The position numbers were made by a program, and so were the translations under genes. 64,000 nt of DNA from assembly GCF_030144855.1 (NCBI RefSeq), contig NC_082727.1, forward strand, positions 18,724,001 to 18,788,000, written 5' to 3'. Below, piece by piece: positions 1 through 12,951 of the stretch. Under the pieces are notes generated by a model. That model saw only the letters and a list, made by a program, of their open reading frames with translations. It did not search any database and had not been told where the DNA came from. The stretch is from Hypanus sabinus. Its lineage: Eukaryota. The stretch's first letter is position 1; each line of letters begins with the position of its first letter.

Positions 1-3000
1 TATATTATCCTTTTGTTTAAACGTTAGTTGCCTAATATTCTCACTATATCCAAGGTTAGATCATGAGTTGAAATAGGCTTGTATGATTGCTAAGTTTTTA
101 GTTAGCCAGAAGACTTTAATCATGGTTATTCTGATTTATTGACTATTGCCTGAAGTTGCAAACCAACATAAAAGGTGATTATAATGTAAAGTAATATTTT
201 TAAATCGCTATCTGTTTACTGCTTTGTCTGCTCTTATTAAATGTGGGATTGTTGGCTGCTTCGTATCCTTTCAGGTCTGCAAGGTTACTTTTGAGCTTTT
301 GATGTGTTATACAGATACTTCAGACAAAAAAAACACGATCGTTTGTAATTCTCTCAGTTTGGCTTGTAGCCTGATACTGTCAGTTATGATTTTTGGCCAC
401 TGGTGTGCTCGTTTTGTTATTCTGATCTTTGTCCAGTTCAGTCCCTTGCTCTGGAACTTTCATCCTAAATTATTTTTACTCCCTTGAACCATAGTGTTGT
501 CTGTTTTATTTGCTCCATAAATGCTGCCAGACTTGCTGAGTTTTTCCAACGTCTGCAGAATCTATCTTGTCTGTAACTAGAATTATTTTATTGTCTTCAA
601 TGGTGTACCTTTGTTGCCAAAGCCACCTACTACTGATCATGAATGTATTGAAGAATAGTCACCTGTGGCATAAAACTCCAGTGTCTCCATAAGGTGAAGT
701 TAGTCAAATTGGATTTGCTGGCTAATTTGGTGAAAATGTGATGAGTGACCTACAACATAGAGAATGATGGTAGGTATTAAATGAGTGAGTTTAATGTATC
801 GAGTTGGTGCTATCAGATTTGCAGTGTGTTAGGACCTGAGTTAATTGAAATGACCAGAGCTCGCTCCAAAGTTGTTAAAGCCAAATCCTTTATCGGGTCT
901 CCAAGTGGAACATTAGTTTATGAATGGTGATTGTTAATCATTATATACAGCACAGAAACAGGCTTATGGATCAGATGGCCTAATTGAACTAGTCCTATTT
1001 GTATTTAGTGAGTTGAAATATTAAACTGAAATGTTGAATACTTTGTTTCTGACTTTTGTGCTGCTGTGCTGTTTTAAATGAGAATGCACTCAAGATGTAA
1101 TCTCATTGACTGCTAACTGTACAATGTGTTCTTACTGTGAAAGGTCTGTTAAATTTCATTAAATTTTATTCTGTTGGGGAACAGTGGTAATTTGGATGTT
1201 AACAGGCTGTAACAGAATGATTCTCCATCTGGCCATTTTGCCTACTATGAGCTAATCCTCGTGCTAAAACACCCACTGCACCAAACTGCTTTCACCAGGT
1301 CTCTTAATGCATTCATTTGACTCTGTTATTTTAAAGCCTTTGTGTAAAATTGAGCATTGTTTATGTTGTGGTTTTGATTATTTGCAAAGTGATAGAAATA
1401 ATGCTGTGTTTCTCCTCCCGGATTTAGTGAATTGAACTTGCTGACACAGTATTACCAATGTCAATGGAATCTGCCTAAACTATTACAGTCTATCCTGCAA
1501 CAGCTGGCAGCCTGCTGTTGGTTCACTGCCACATTCCTTTTTCACTTTAAGAATAGAAACAAGATTTATCCTTTTGTCCTCCTTGCAGGCCTACTTGTGA
1601 ATTATATTCTCTGGTTGCACAAAAGGAAGTGGGGGTGGGAGAGTGAATGTATTATTTGCATACTTTAATTGTCAATTTAGTCCAGTCAATTTCATTCAGG
1701 TGTTACTCACTAAACCTGGTCTTTGATTTTCTGTTTGGTATTGCAGGATAAAAACAACTGTAGATGGTTCTTTGTGGTTGTCCCTGCAACTCATGCCTTT
1801 CAGTTTAGAAAGAAAAATGCACAGACTGCATTTGCAAGCTAATGTTTTGGCAGTGTTGCCTAATTGGTGGGTGTGTTGGACAGCAGTGATTCAGGTCATT
1901 ATTGGGTGAATGCACCATTTTAAAATTATTAGTGCTGTTCCCAGCTCCTAAACCTCTGCACAATTGCATGGAGGTGATCTGGGCTTTTTATTCGCTGCCT
2001 CATTGCTATTAAGTAAGAGAGAGTGCAGGATACTTGATGTATTCTTGTGCATGGGGGTACAATTGCTTTAGGGCACAATTTTGGAGGTGGAGTGGCCTGA
2101 TTATTCAGCATGATGTTCTCCTAGACAATCAGTTCCCTTTGAGATTATTGTGACAGCTGTTCTCTAATAAACTTAGGCACTCACATACACAACATTTTTG
2201 TCTCTGGTCTAACCCGTGTATATTCCAAATCAGCTGCTTGGATTATCTGCTAGACTGTTTTCTTCAGACTTAACCTTTCTGGAATGTGTTTTCCAATCTT
2301 CACTCATTCTCAGTTTTGCTTCATTGCGGATGGTTTGGGAAAACAATGTGAATAAATTGTCCACTCACTTTTTTTTTCTCATTTTTCCTTGCAATTGATA
2401 ACGGACCTTTCATGTGTGGGAAGATTTGAGTGATTCTTGAAAGTACTCGGGTGTTTCATGTTATGGCTAGTTGAAATACAGATGACTAGCATTGCTTTGT
2501 TTCCCATTCATTAGGGTAAGGTTTGTATTAAACCTTCAGAACCAAGATCGATATCAGAAAAGGCAAAAACAAATCTTTAAAAGTGGCACAATTGCAGTTA
2601 ATTAGGGAACCCTCTGAGTTTGGCAAATGTTGCACTTAATGAAATGAATCAGGATAGTCTTTGAACTTTCCTCATGTCACTGGTTTCAGGAACACAGTTT
2701 AGTTTTATTTAGACTGACCAGGAATGTGAGTTTGGATAGCAAACAACTGCCGTAGGCTGTCTAAGTGTAGGAAAGAGGTTCATTACAGAGCACATTGACC
2801 ATGGCTGATGTTTTTTGCATTTTGACCAACTACTGTGAAAACCTGGTGTTGTGTAGTACGAGGAATTAGGTTTGGTTTGATATGAGTAAATACACATTAG
2901 AAGAAGTAATTTGCTATGTATTTTGCTTGATTTGAAGTTCACTAGTAAGCCAACTGCTCAATGTATGGCTGTCAATGAAGCATAAAGTATCGAAATACAA

Positions 3001-3018
3001 ACAATATCTCCTTTAATA

Positions 3019-3996
3019 TAGGTTGAGTTCCCCTTATCCGCAATTTGAAATTACTTGAGTGCTGAGCTGACACCTCTAATGGAAAAATTCCATGAGATGC
3101 TGGTAAGGTTCCCAGGTGATGCACATGTCCCTGCACACTACAGACAATTCTGAGAAATGATCTGTTGCTGCTAGCTTATTTTCAGCAGTTGTCATATACA
3201 GACCTTGCAATACTAAGTGATTACTGTGTGGTTTGTGCTTACTGTCTCAAACACAAAAGTAAGTAAGTTATAAATCAGAGCATTGAGTATAGGAGTTGGG
3301 ATGTAATGTTAAAATTGTACAAGGCATTGGTGAGGCCGAATTTGGAGCATTGTATACAGTTCTGGTCACTGAATTACAGGAAAGATGTCAACAAAATAGA
3401 GAGAGTACAAGAGAAGATTTACTAGAATGTTACCTGGATTTCAGCACCTCAGTTACAGGGAAAGATTGACCAAGTTAGGTCTTTAGTCTTTGGAGCGTAG
3501 AAGATTGAGGGGGGCCTTGATAGAGGTATTTAAAATTGAGGGGGATAGATAGAGTTGATGTGGATAGGCTTTTTCCATTGAGAGTAGGGGAGATTCAAAC
3601 AAGAGGACATGAGCTGAGAGTTGGGGGCAGAAGTTTAACGGTAACACGAGGGGGGAATTTCTTTACTCAGTGGTAGCTGTGTGGAACGAGTTTGCAGCAG
3701 AAGTGGTAGAGGCAGGTTCGGTATTGTCATTTCAAGTAAAATTGGATAGTTATATGGACAGGAAAGGAATGAAGGGTTATGGGTTGAGTGTAGGCCAGTG
3801 TGACTAGGTGAGAGTAAGTGTTCGGCATGGACAAAAAGGGCCGAGATGTTCTGTTTCCATGGTTATATAAAAGTACCTTCAAGGTATATGTAATATAAAA
3901 GGATTTTGTGTTTATACTTGGGCCTCATCTCCAATTTATCTCATTATATAGATGCAAATATTCCAAAATATGAAATCTGAAAACACTTTTCTCCCC
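3019..3996. mobile_element. Tigger/pogo-like MITE split by a CR1 3' fragment
   Basis: Left end TA-(T)AGGTTGAGTTCCCCTTATCC. The right part (3870-3996) ends ...CCCCAAGCATTTCG like Tigger-type MITEs. Family assignment is from recall. Confidence 0.5.
3264..3868 (+). mobile_element. CR1 LINE 3' fragment
   Basis: Decayed LVRPxLEYCVQFWS / RGDLIEVFKI coding plus CR1 3' UTR. Confidence 0.85.
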
Positions 3997-4054
3997 AAGC
4001 ATTTCGAATCCTCCTTTCCTCCATGCCAAAGTAGAAGCTATTTATCTTGTAAAT

Positions 4055-4130
4055 CAGGGGTTCCCAATCTATTTTTTATGCCATAGACCTAGTGACAGAG
4101 GGATCAGTGGACACCTGGTTGGGAAACTTG
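4055..4130. mobile_element. Tiny hAT-type MITE
   Basis: CAGGGGTTCCCAA...GGTTGGGAAACTTG imperfect TIRs; degenerate 8-bp flanks ttgtaaat/ttttaagt. Confidence 0.5.
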
Positions 4131-4142
4131 TTTTAAGTGCAA

Positions 4143-4257
4143 CACGAGTGAATCTGCAGATGCTGGATATAACTAAAAACACAAAATGCTGGCAGAACTC
4201 AGCAGGCCCCTCAGCATCTATGGGAGGAGGTAGTGATGACGTTTCGGGCCGAAACCC
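4143..4257 (-). mobile_element. Penelope-like element terminal repeat with partial hammerhead motif
   Basis: Minus strand reads GGGTTTCGGCCC-GAAAC-GTC. The repeat family recurs near 8530, 12570, 31750, 35945 and 47695. Confidence 0.65.
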
Positions 4258-5487
4258 GAAATGGATGTCTTATGACTAAGATTTCTGAAATAGCTCCCTC
4301 TGTGGCAAAACAATAGCACTACTTCAAGGCTTCAATTTAATGTATTTTTAATTTCCTAGGGGCAATAACGGATAATAGTGTTTGCGTGGTATAATTTGCA
4401 GGAAACTTCGCAATTGATGCCTAAATTTAACCTATTCCTTTTTATGGTCAAGGTCAAAACATAAATTGGGGCTGATTATTGGTGTTGATGTGGCAGTGTT
4501 GCTGCAAAGTCATTGGTTCTTGGGTTGTCAGGGCAACAATTGTTCTGCATCAAGGAATCCACTGACAGCTGTTTGTGTAACTGGGTAGTGAGTGCGTTCT
4601 GAGTTTAAAGCAGTGTGAGACATGCACACAAAACATTCTTAGAAACTGCATTTTTGAGTGATGTGTTTTGGTAGCTGAATGCATGGGCACTCAAATGGAG
4701 CGATGTACATTTAGATATTAGATGAACACAATTGTAAGATTGAGATGTGGTGCAAGCAGATGCTCAGTACATCCTTGCATTTCACTGTTTTCGGTGTGCA
4801 TGTGGTCAGTGGAATGTTGATTAATGAATTGGACATAGTAAGAGATGAGAAGATTTGCTAAGATTAGATAAAGGAAGAATTAGGTATTTTTGCTGTCTTG
4901 CACTAATTTTTTGGAATTTATAGTGCATTTTACGTATTGTACTGCTGCTGCAAAGCAATGAATTTCATGACATATCCGTAATAATAAACTTGATTCTGAG
5001 GCTCAGTGGGGAGATCAGGGTTTCAGCTCTATATGAACCAGTGTAGGAGGTAGAGGTAATGGATGAAAATAGGTTTACTTGAAGATGAGATGGATATCAG
5101 CAGCATAGGTGTTTAAATTATTCTCTCCAGTTGAGCAGTGATTTGAACAGTCCCATTACTGCATGTAGTGAATTCATTTGTAGACTTCATTTCAGCATTT
5201 TCTTTCAATCCAGTCTTTCATTTCCTCATGTCTGGTCCAATGATTTTATAAAGAACTTTTGAATTAAGTTGAATATTTTCCATATGCAAAATCAGAACCA
5301 TCAGACTGTAATTAGGAGTCAGCAGATGCTGTGTCATATAGATGATATAAATCTCCATGTTTTTCTTTTGTGTCAGATGTTTGGTTGCAGCAGAAGCTCA
5401 GAACTGCATAGAAATGGTGCAAATTAGGTCCCCAAGACTGGGCTTGGTTTGCAACTGTCAGTATCCTGAGTACCTACACTGTTTTGT

Positions 5488-5740
5488 ATGGGGCAGCACA
5501 GTATTGTAGTGGTTAGCACAATGCTTTACAGTAACAGTTCATTTCCTGCCCGTCTATAAAGAGTTTGTGCGTTGTCTCCTTGACCGCGTGGGTTTTGTCT
5601 CACAGTCCAAAGGCGTACTGGTTGACAGATTAATTGGTCATTGGTCATTGTCCCGTGATAAGTCTAGGATTAAATTGGGTGTCACAGGCTGGTGCGACTG
5701 GAATGGTCTGTTCTATGCTGCATTGCAATGAATAAAAATA
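5488..5740 (+). mobile_element. tRNA-derived SINE (V-SINE/HE1-like); related copies near 39195, 41200 (+) and 36310, 63360 (-)
   Basis: A-box-like GTAGTGGTTAGCAC head and the shared core GACCGCGTGGGTTT..CAGTCCAAAG..TTAATTGGTCATTG. Confidence 0.65.
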
Positions 5741-6339
5741 TGAAGCAATTTTCTTCGAGTAACATCAAGTTAACTTTGTTCTGAAATATCAGTGTAGCAT
5801 TTGTGAATGTGCTAATAACCCAGTGACCTTGGGTGACAACACTGTGAATTTAAATCCCACTGTGGCAATTGGTAATCTGAAAATTAAAAAAAGGGTTGAG
5901 TAATAACAAATGAAAGGCCATTTGCTTGATATGCTACTTGTCCCCATATTGCCAGTGTAGCTGACTTTTGGATGTCCTTACAAAAAATAGTCAGAGCACT
6001 ACAGTGCGGAAACAGGCCATTTGGTCCCTCCAGCCAAACAACTGTCTGATCCCACAGACCTCTGTAAACCTCCCATCCATGTATTTAACAAGCTTCTCTA
6101 TACTGTTGCAAATGGGCTAGCAGTTCTCTTGTAATTCCATGGTGGTAAGCAGTAAATGTTGCCTTTGCCCAGGTCCATAGTCAGGAATGAGTAAAAATGA
6201 GTTTAGTATAGAGTTTAGTTCTGCTTTTATATCCTGTTTCATAAATTTTAAACTATTTAAATGACATCAATTTTTTCAGGCAGCTATTTGAAATCTGATT
6301 CATTTGAAGTATTTGAATTGGGTTTTCCTGATTTCCTAG

Positions 6340-6391
6340 GTTTTTATGGGCGCCCATGGAGCATGGAACAGAGAAAGGAGCTGTTCAGAAG
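6340..6391 (+). CDS. OGA: O-GlcNAcase exon 2 (GFYGRPWSMEQRKELFR); exon 1 is upstream of the window
   Basis: Preceded by ttcctag and followed by gtaagc. The 52-nt translation matches the GH84 N-terminal motif GFYGRPW of vertebrate OGA. Confidence 0.96.
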
Positions 6392-6826
6392 GTAAGCTTC
6401 ATTATTTTAAGTTCTTTGAAGTTGACATGACTTTTTAATTCTGCAGTCTCATGACTGTTCATAAACAAAACCTGAACTTTGACTAAGTCCCCCAACAAAG
6501 GAATTGCCGTAGTGTGAATTTCCACTTAGAAAAATAACATCCATTTAATGCATTAATCATATGGAAGTAAGCTACACCTGTCTTTAAATCAAGCTAATTC
6601 TGAAGCTTTTGTCTTTAACCTACCTAGATAATCATTGCAATGATAACTATCCTGAGAGAATTTTAATCTTAACCGATTTTTTTTTTGGCTTGCAGTGTTG
6701 CATGTTTAATGGTTAGTTGTATGTGGTCTGTTCTGAGCTGGTGTTCTGGTTTTAAGTTGGATCTTCAGCATCTCATACACAATTAGGAGACTTGATTTGC
6801 ATCTTTATTGTTACATTCTTCAACAG

Positions 6827-6924
6827 AATGCGCAAGTGGGGATTGAACACGTACCTATATGCGCCAAAGGATGACTATAAGCACAGAATGTTCTGGCGGG
6901 AGATGTACTCTGTTGAAGAAGCAG
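6827..6924 (+). CDS. OGA: OGA exon 3 ([32 protein letters not shown])
   Basis: caacag / gtgaga boundaries; [10 protein letters not shown]84 motif; in ORF 6792..7058. Confidence 0.97.
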
Positions 6925-8328
6925 GTGAGATTCAGTTCCATTTCCACTTTCAGTTTGTTGTGCAGTTTATCCTGCATATGAATTTCCTCTTATCAGTAGT
7001 TCATGGTCATAAGAAGCAGGAGTTAGCTGTGTTGTGGCTTGTGCATTTGCTGTCATAGTTATGTCTATCTTCTTGCTCCGCTATTCCCACTCACTTTCCA
7101 TATTTTTTGATTCCCTTCGTGTCCATAAACTTGTGTATCTCTGTCATCATTCTTGTCAGCATTTGCTGTTGATAATTTAGACGGGCAGTCTTGCAAATAG
7201 CTTTTAAAGTTCTCAAGTGCTCATTCAATCATATGGTATCCATTGGAAAAAATTCTACTTAGTCCTACCTCCTCCATCTATTCTCCCAGACACTGCACTG
7301 TAAACATTTAAACCTTGTTTACATCATAAATACGTGCTGGTATCCACACTTTATTCCATATTTGCACATCTAGCTTTATTTTAATTTTTAAGAATAATTT
7401 TTGAATGTTAGTTTTAGTTGCATTTGGCACCAACACACAACAGCAAATTCCTAATGCTTGAAAATGTATGAATGTTGATCCTTTAGTAACAGCTTGGGTG
7501 ATATATTTTTTCTAGTTACCGACCTTTAATCACAACTAGGAAACAATTTTCCCTCCCAAGTTTTGAAGGTCACTGTTTGCAAGGTTGATTTCCCTTTCCA
7601 CAAATGGTGCTTGACCTCACTGTTTCCAGCAATGTATTTTAGAGAAATGTTGCATTGCAGTGTGGATTTTGATCAGAGTTCATTACTCCTTTCTGTTCTG
7701 CTTGCTGCTGTAGGTTGTGACAAAGTAAACTTCTAGAAAGCGTGTGGATTGATGTTTAAAACTATTATTCATCTGTTTGGGCAGTAGAAGGTAAATTTAG
7801 CCATTAAAATCTGTTCTTTCATTATAGCGAGGATTAGTTGTGCACTAGCAAAGCGGTTCACTGGGTTGGGGATAAAACTCAGTTTGAGGTTGTCTGCTTT
7901 GGTTGTCAGTGTCTGAGTCTGTAGCCACCAATTGAAGCAGCATCGATGTCCTCAAGGTGAAAACTCAGTGACTCCAACAGACTGACTAGTTAGGTGTTCA
8001 TTGGCAGGTGCCTCGGTAATGCCCTCCTATTGGTTTTAGTAATATTGTTAAATACATGTAGTTGGAACTCCATCAAAACAATCTAACTGTAAATGTTACA
8101 GTTGTGGCTATTTCCTTTGGAGGGAGCTGCTATAATTGTATGAATTGTATGGTCTTCTATAGTGGGAAGAGGTAGCTGGCTCTAGTCATTTGTCTTGTCA
8201 GTGTTACATTGTACTACAGAAGGTGGGTTGGTTTCGAGAATTGGCTGTTCCTTGCTCCTTGGATGATGTGTGTTTTGCTGTATCTGTCCCAAGCCTTTTG
8301 TTTATTCAAACCTTTTTTTCTCTTCCAG

Positions 8329-8459
8329 AACAATTGATGCAGCTAATCACTTCAGCAAAAGAGCACAATATTGAGTTTGTTTATGCTATATCACCTGGAT
8401 TGGATATCACATTCTCAAATCAGAAGGAGGTTGCAACTCTCAAACGCAAATTGGATCAG
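8329..8459 (+). CDS. OGA: OGA exon 4 ([44 protein letters not shown])
   Basis: ttccag / gttggt boundaries; phase is consistent with its neighbours. Confidence 0.97.
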
Positions 8460-8529
8460 GTTGGTGTTGCTGAGATTCTTTCTAAGTTCTAAATTTCTTT
8501 ATGCAAGCCATCCTGAGTAAATCTATGCA

Positions 8530-8735
8530 ATGCACCCAAAATGCTGGAGGGACTCAGGTCAGGCAGCACCTGTGGGGAAGAGTAAACAGCCAACATTTTG
8601 GCTGACACCTTTCATCAGGATGGGACAAAAAGGATGAGATGCCGAGCAGGACATTGGGCTAGGAGCAGAAGTAGTACAAGGTAGGTGATGGGTGGAACTG
8701 GGTGAGGGGTGAAGTCAAGAGCTGGAAAGTTAGAT
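8530..8735 (-). mobile_element. Penelope-like terminal fragment with CpG-decayed hammerhead core
   Basis: Minus strand reads CTGATGA-AAGGTGTCAGCC-AAAATGTT (8592-8618), beside a purine-rich tract on +. Confidence 0.6.
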
Positions 8736-10850
8736 CGTAAGACATAGGAGCAGAATTAGACTATGCATCCCATTGAGTCTGCTAAACCATTCCATCACGG
8801 CTGATCCTGGATTCCACTCATCCCCATATCCTCATCCTCAATGTATTCTTTGATGCCCTGACCAATCAGAAAACTATGAACTACTTTAACGATAGCCATG
8901 GACTTGGCCTCCACAGCAATTTGTAGCAGACCATTCCACTATGTTCTGGCTTTTAAAAGGAACAAAAACCTCCTTAACTCTAGTTTAAAAGGTTTTGAGG
9001 CTATCTAGTCTGGATATACCCAGCAGAAGAAACATCCTCTCCACATGTGTCTCATCTATCTAGTCCTTTCAGCATTCAGTAGATTTCTGTGACCCCCCCC
9101 CCCCCGCATTCTTCTAAATTCCAGTGAGTACATGCCCAAATCTGCCAAATGCTCCTCATGTTAACCCTTGCATTCCCAGAATCATCCTTGTGAACCTCCT
9201 GGACACTCTCCAATGACAAGACTGTTGACAATACTCCACAGTGTGGCCTGACTAGTGTCTTATGAAGGTTCAGCATTATCTCCTTGCATTTATATTTTAT
9301 TCAAGTGCCAACATTGTATTTGTCTCCTTTACCACAAACTCAACCTGTAAATTGATCTTCTGGGAGTCTTGCACGAGGACTCCTAAGTCCCTCTGCACCT
9401 CTGATTTTTGAACCTTCTCCCCATTTAGATAAATAGTTTGCACTATTGTTCTTTTTAACAAAATGTATTATCATACATTTCCCAACACTGTATTTCACCT
9501 GCCACTTTTTTGCCCATTCGTCCACTTTGTCTCCTGCTGCAATCACATCACTTCCTCAGTTCTACCTACCTTTCCACCTATCTTTGTATCCTCCACAAAC
9601 TTTACCACAAAGCCATCAATTCCATTATCCAAATCATTGACAAACAATGTGAAAAGTAGCCCAATACTGACCCCTGAGGAGCACCACTAGTCACCAGCAG
9701 CCAACCAGAAAAGGCCTCTTTTATTCCCATTCACTGCCTCCTGCCTCTCAGGCATTCCGCTATCCATGACAATATCTTTCCTGTAACACCATTAGATTTT
9801 ATCTTGTTAAGCAGCTTCATGTGGCACCTTAATAATCGCCTTCTAAAAATCCAAGTAAATGACGTCCACTGCCTCTCCTTTGTCCACCCTGCTTGTTACT
9901 TCCTCAAAGAACTCTAACTGAATTGTTAGGTAAGATTTGCTTTTATAGAAAGCATGCTGACTTTGACTTATTTTATCATTAGTCTCCATGTATCCTGAAA
10001 CATCATCCTTGATAGACTCTGATACTCCAAAACAGTGGAATGATATTTACAATATTCCAGTCCTCTTGGGCCATGCCAAAATCAAACGATTGTTGTAAGA
10101 TCATGACCAGTGCATCTGTTATCTCTTCAGCAACCTCTCGGGACTCTGTGATTTAGTCCATCTGGTCCTGGTGACCTATCCAACTTAAGACTTTTGAATT
10201 TGCCTAGCACTATTTCCTTTGTAATAGCAATGGCATTCACTCCTGCTCCCTGATACTCTTGGTCCTCTGGCACACTGTTAGTGTCGTCTACGGTGAAGAC
10301 AGATGCAAAGTACCCTTAAGTTCATCTGCCATTTCTTTGTCTCCCGTTATTACCACATCAGCATCATTTTACAGTGGTCCAATATCAACTCTTTCCTTTT
10401 ACTGTCATATTTAAAAAAAATATCCTGCTTTATATTATTTTCTAGTTTGCCCTTGTATTTCATCTTTTTCCTTGTAGCTTTTTTTGTTACCGTTTGTTGT
10501 TCTAAAGCTTCCTCATAATCCAACTTCCCACTCACATTTGTTACATCCTATATCCTTCCCTTGACTCTTGTGCAGTCCTTAGCCTCCCTTGTCAACGGCA
10601 GTTGCCTACCCTTGGCATTTGTGAACAACTGCTTCTGTTGGAAGTATCTATCCTGCACCTTGTGAAGTATTCCCAGAAACTTCAACCATCTCTGCTGTCA
10701 CCCCCAGCAGTATCCTCCTCCAATCCACCTAGGCAACCACCTCTCCTATGCCTCTTTATTCAATAGTGATACTGATAAATGTGATGTGTGCTTCTTCCTC
10801 TTAAGTTGCAGTATGAATTCAATCATGTTCACTGCCTCCTAAGGATTCTT
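8736..10850 (-). mobile_element. CR1 LINE, about 2 kb decayed RT and 3' end
   Basis: ORF fragments LHKTLVRPHC.. and KVDEWAKKWQ..YSVGKC; CR1 tail at 8736. Confidence 0.85.
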
Positions 10851-10869
10851 TTGTGTACCCTGGGGAGTT

Positions 10870-12690
10870 ATTACATAACACCCAATCTAAGATAGCCTTT
10901 GAAAGAGATAAATGGCTGGAGAAGAGGGAATCTAATAGGAGAAGACAAGACCATGGAAAGAAGTAGGAACCCAGCAGGTGGTGATGGGCAAGTAAGGAGC
11001 TGGGAGGGGGAAATGAAAATAGTGAAGGGGAAGGGGCCATTCACTGGTAGTTCAAGCCATCAATATTCATGCCATCAGGTTGGAGGATATCCAAATGGAA
11101 TATATGGTACCTATAAAAAGTATTCTACTGCCTCCCTCTCTTCCCCCAACTCCCAGCATTTTTCATGTTTAATTTAACAATATTGAATCACAGTATTTTG
11201 ACACAGATCAACAGAAAGACTCTTTCATGTCAAAGTGGAAGTAGATCTCTACAAAATGATCTAAATTAACTACAAATATAACATAAAATAATTAATTGCA
11301 TAAGTATTTACTCCCATCAAGTCAGTATTTAGTAGATGCACCTTTGGCAGCAATTACAGCTTTAAGTCTGTGTGGATAGGTCATCAGCTTTGGACATTTG
11401 GGCACTGCAATTTTTCCCCATTCTTTACACAACCACTTCAAGCTCTATCAGATTGCAAGGTGATTGTGAGTGAACAGCCCTTTTCAAGTCCAGCCACGAA
11501 TTCTCAATTGCATTGAGGTCTGAACTCTGACTTGGCCAGTCCAGGATAATAACTTTGTAAGCCATTCCTTTGTAGCTTTGGTTTTATGCTGGGGTGGGGG
11601 GGATATTGTCTTGCTGGAAACCAAATCTTCTCAAGTCACAATCCTCCTGCAGATTGCATCAGGATTTCCCTATATTCAGCTGCATTTAATTTACCCTCTA
11701 CCTTCACAAGCCTTCCAGGGCCTGCTGCAGTGAAGCATCCTCACAGCATGATGCAGTCACTGCCATGCTTCACAGTAGGGATGGTGTAGTTTTTATGTGA
11801 GTGTTTGACGTACAGCAGGCATGGTGTTTGATCTGATGGCCAAAAAGCCCAATTTTGGTTTCATCAGATTATCAAACCTTCTTACAGCTGAATTCAGAGT
11901 CTTCCACATGCCTTCTGGCAAACCTTAACTGAGATCTATCTCCTGTATTGCTTTTCAATAACTTTTTTGCAGAGTTGCTTGAGGGGGTTCTTTTGACTTC
12001 ATGGTGTATTTTTTTGCCCAGATACTGACTCATCAGCAGCTGGACCTACCAGATACAGGTGTATTTACTACAATCAATTGTAATACTTTGAACGCTCAGT
12101 GCTCTCCATTTAACTAATTATGTGACTTCTTAAGCCAGTTGGCTGCATGAGTAATGATTTGTTGTGTCATATTAAGGGAGGGGGATGAATACTTGTGCAA
12201 TCAATCATTTTATTTTATATTTGTAATTTAGATGACTGGACAGATCTGTTTTCACTTTGACAGAAGTATTTTTTTTCTGTTGATCAGTGTCAAAATTGTC
12301 AAATTAAATTAACTGTGATTCAATGCTGTAAAACAATAAAACATGAAAGCATCCAAGGAGGGTGAATGATTTTTATAGGCACTGTAAGGTGTTGCCCCTC
12401 GAACCTTGCGTGTGGCCCCATCGTGACAGTAGAGGACGCCAGGAATGACATGGCAGAAAAGGACGCACGTAGATTGGGTAACCTGTTCACTGAGATAAAC
12501 ATCACCACTATAAAAGAACTGCAAAGTGGGATATCCTGGTGACCACCAATTTCAGTTCCACTTCCCATTCCTATCTCAGCCTGAAATGTCAACTGTTTAC
12601 TCTTCTTCACAGATGCTCACTGACCAGAGTTCCTCTAGCATTTTGTGTGTGTTGCTTGGATATCCAGGATCTGCAGATTTTCTTGTGTTA
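10870..12690 (-). mobile_element. Penelope-like element fragment (GIY-YIG C-terminus), split by a Tc1 and partly inverted
   Basis: Removing 11105-12384 restores GVLYCHDGATRK..QHLIFHLDILQPDGMNID on -. The segment 12455-12690 is in + orientation. Confidence 0.72.
11105..12384 (-). mobile_element. Tc1/mariner element, internally deleted, long (~230 bp) inverted termini, TA TSD
   Basis: TA at 11103-11104 and 12385-12386; termini TGGTACCTATAAAAAGTATTC and rc CAGTGCCTATAAAAATCATTC; transposase relic [30 protein letters not shown] on -. Confidence 0.9.
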
Positions 12691-12779
12691 AGTTATTCTC
12701 TTGCCTTTCTAGTTAAGGGAGGTGTCTAGGGTTGAAGGTAGTTGTGCTTGCAGTCCTGACTTGCCTTCCTGTTTTTCAG

Positions 12780-12951
12780 GTGTCACAGTTTGGGTGCAAG
12801 TCCTTTGCACTGTTATTTGATGACATTGACCACAATATGTGTCCAGCAGATAAAGAGGTCTTCAGTTCATTTGCACATGCACAACTTTCTGTTACTAATG
12901 AGATCTATCAATATTTGGGAGAGCCAGAGCATTTTCTGTTCTGTCCAACTG
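12780..12951 (+). CDS. OGA: OGA exon 5, containing the catalytic Asp-Asp pair ([10 protein letters not shown])
   Basis: tttcag / gtgagt boundaries; LFDDID equals human D174/D175. Confidence 0.97.

Noticed and set aside
1840-2130. Cluster of ACAAT/TAAT motifs as an intron-1 enhancer
   Set aside because: These motifs are expected by chance in AT-rich DNA and cannot be supported without conservation data.
1-6339. OGA exon 1 or promoter
   Set aside because: No CpG island and no GVVE-G/gt-type exon was found. This region is intron 1.
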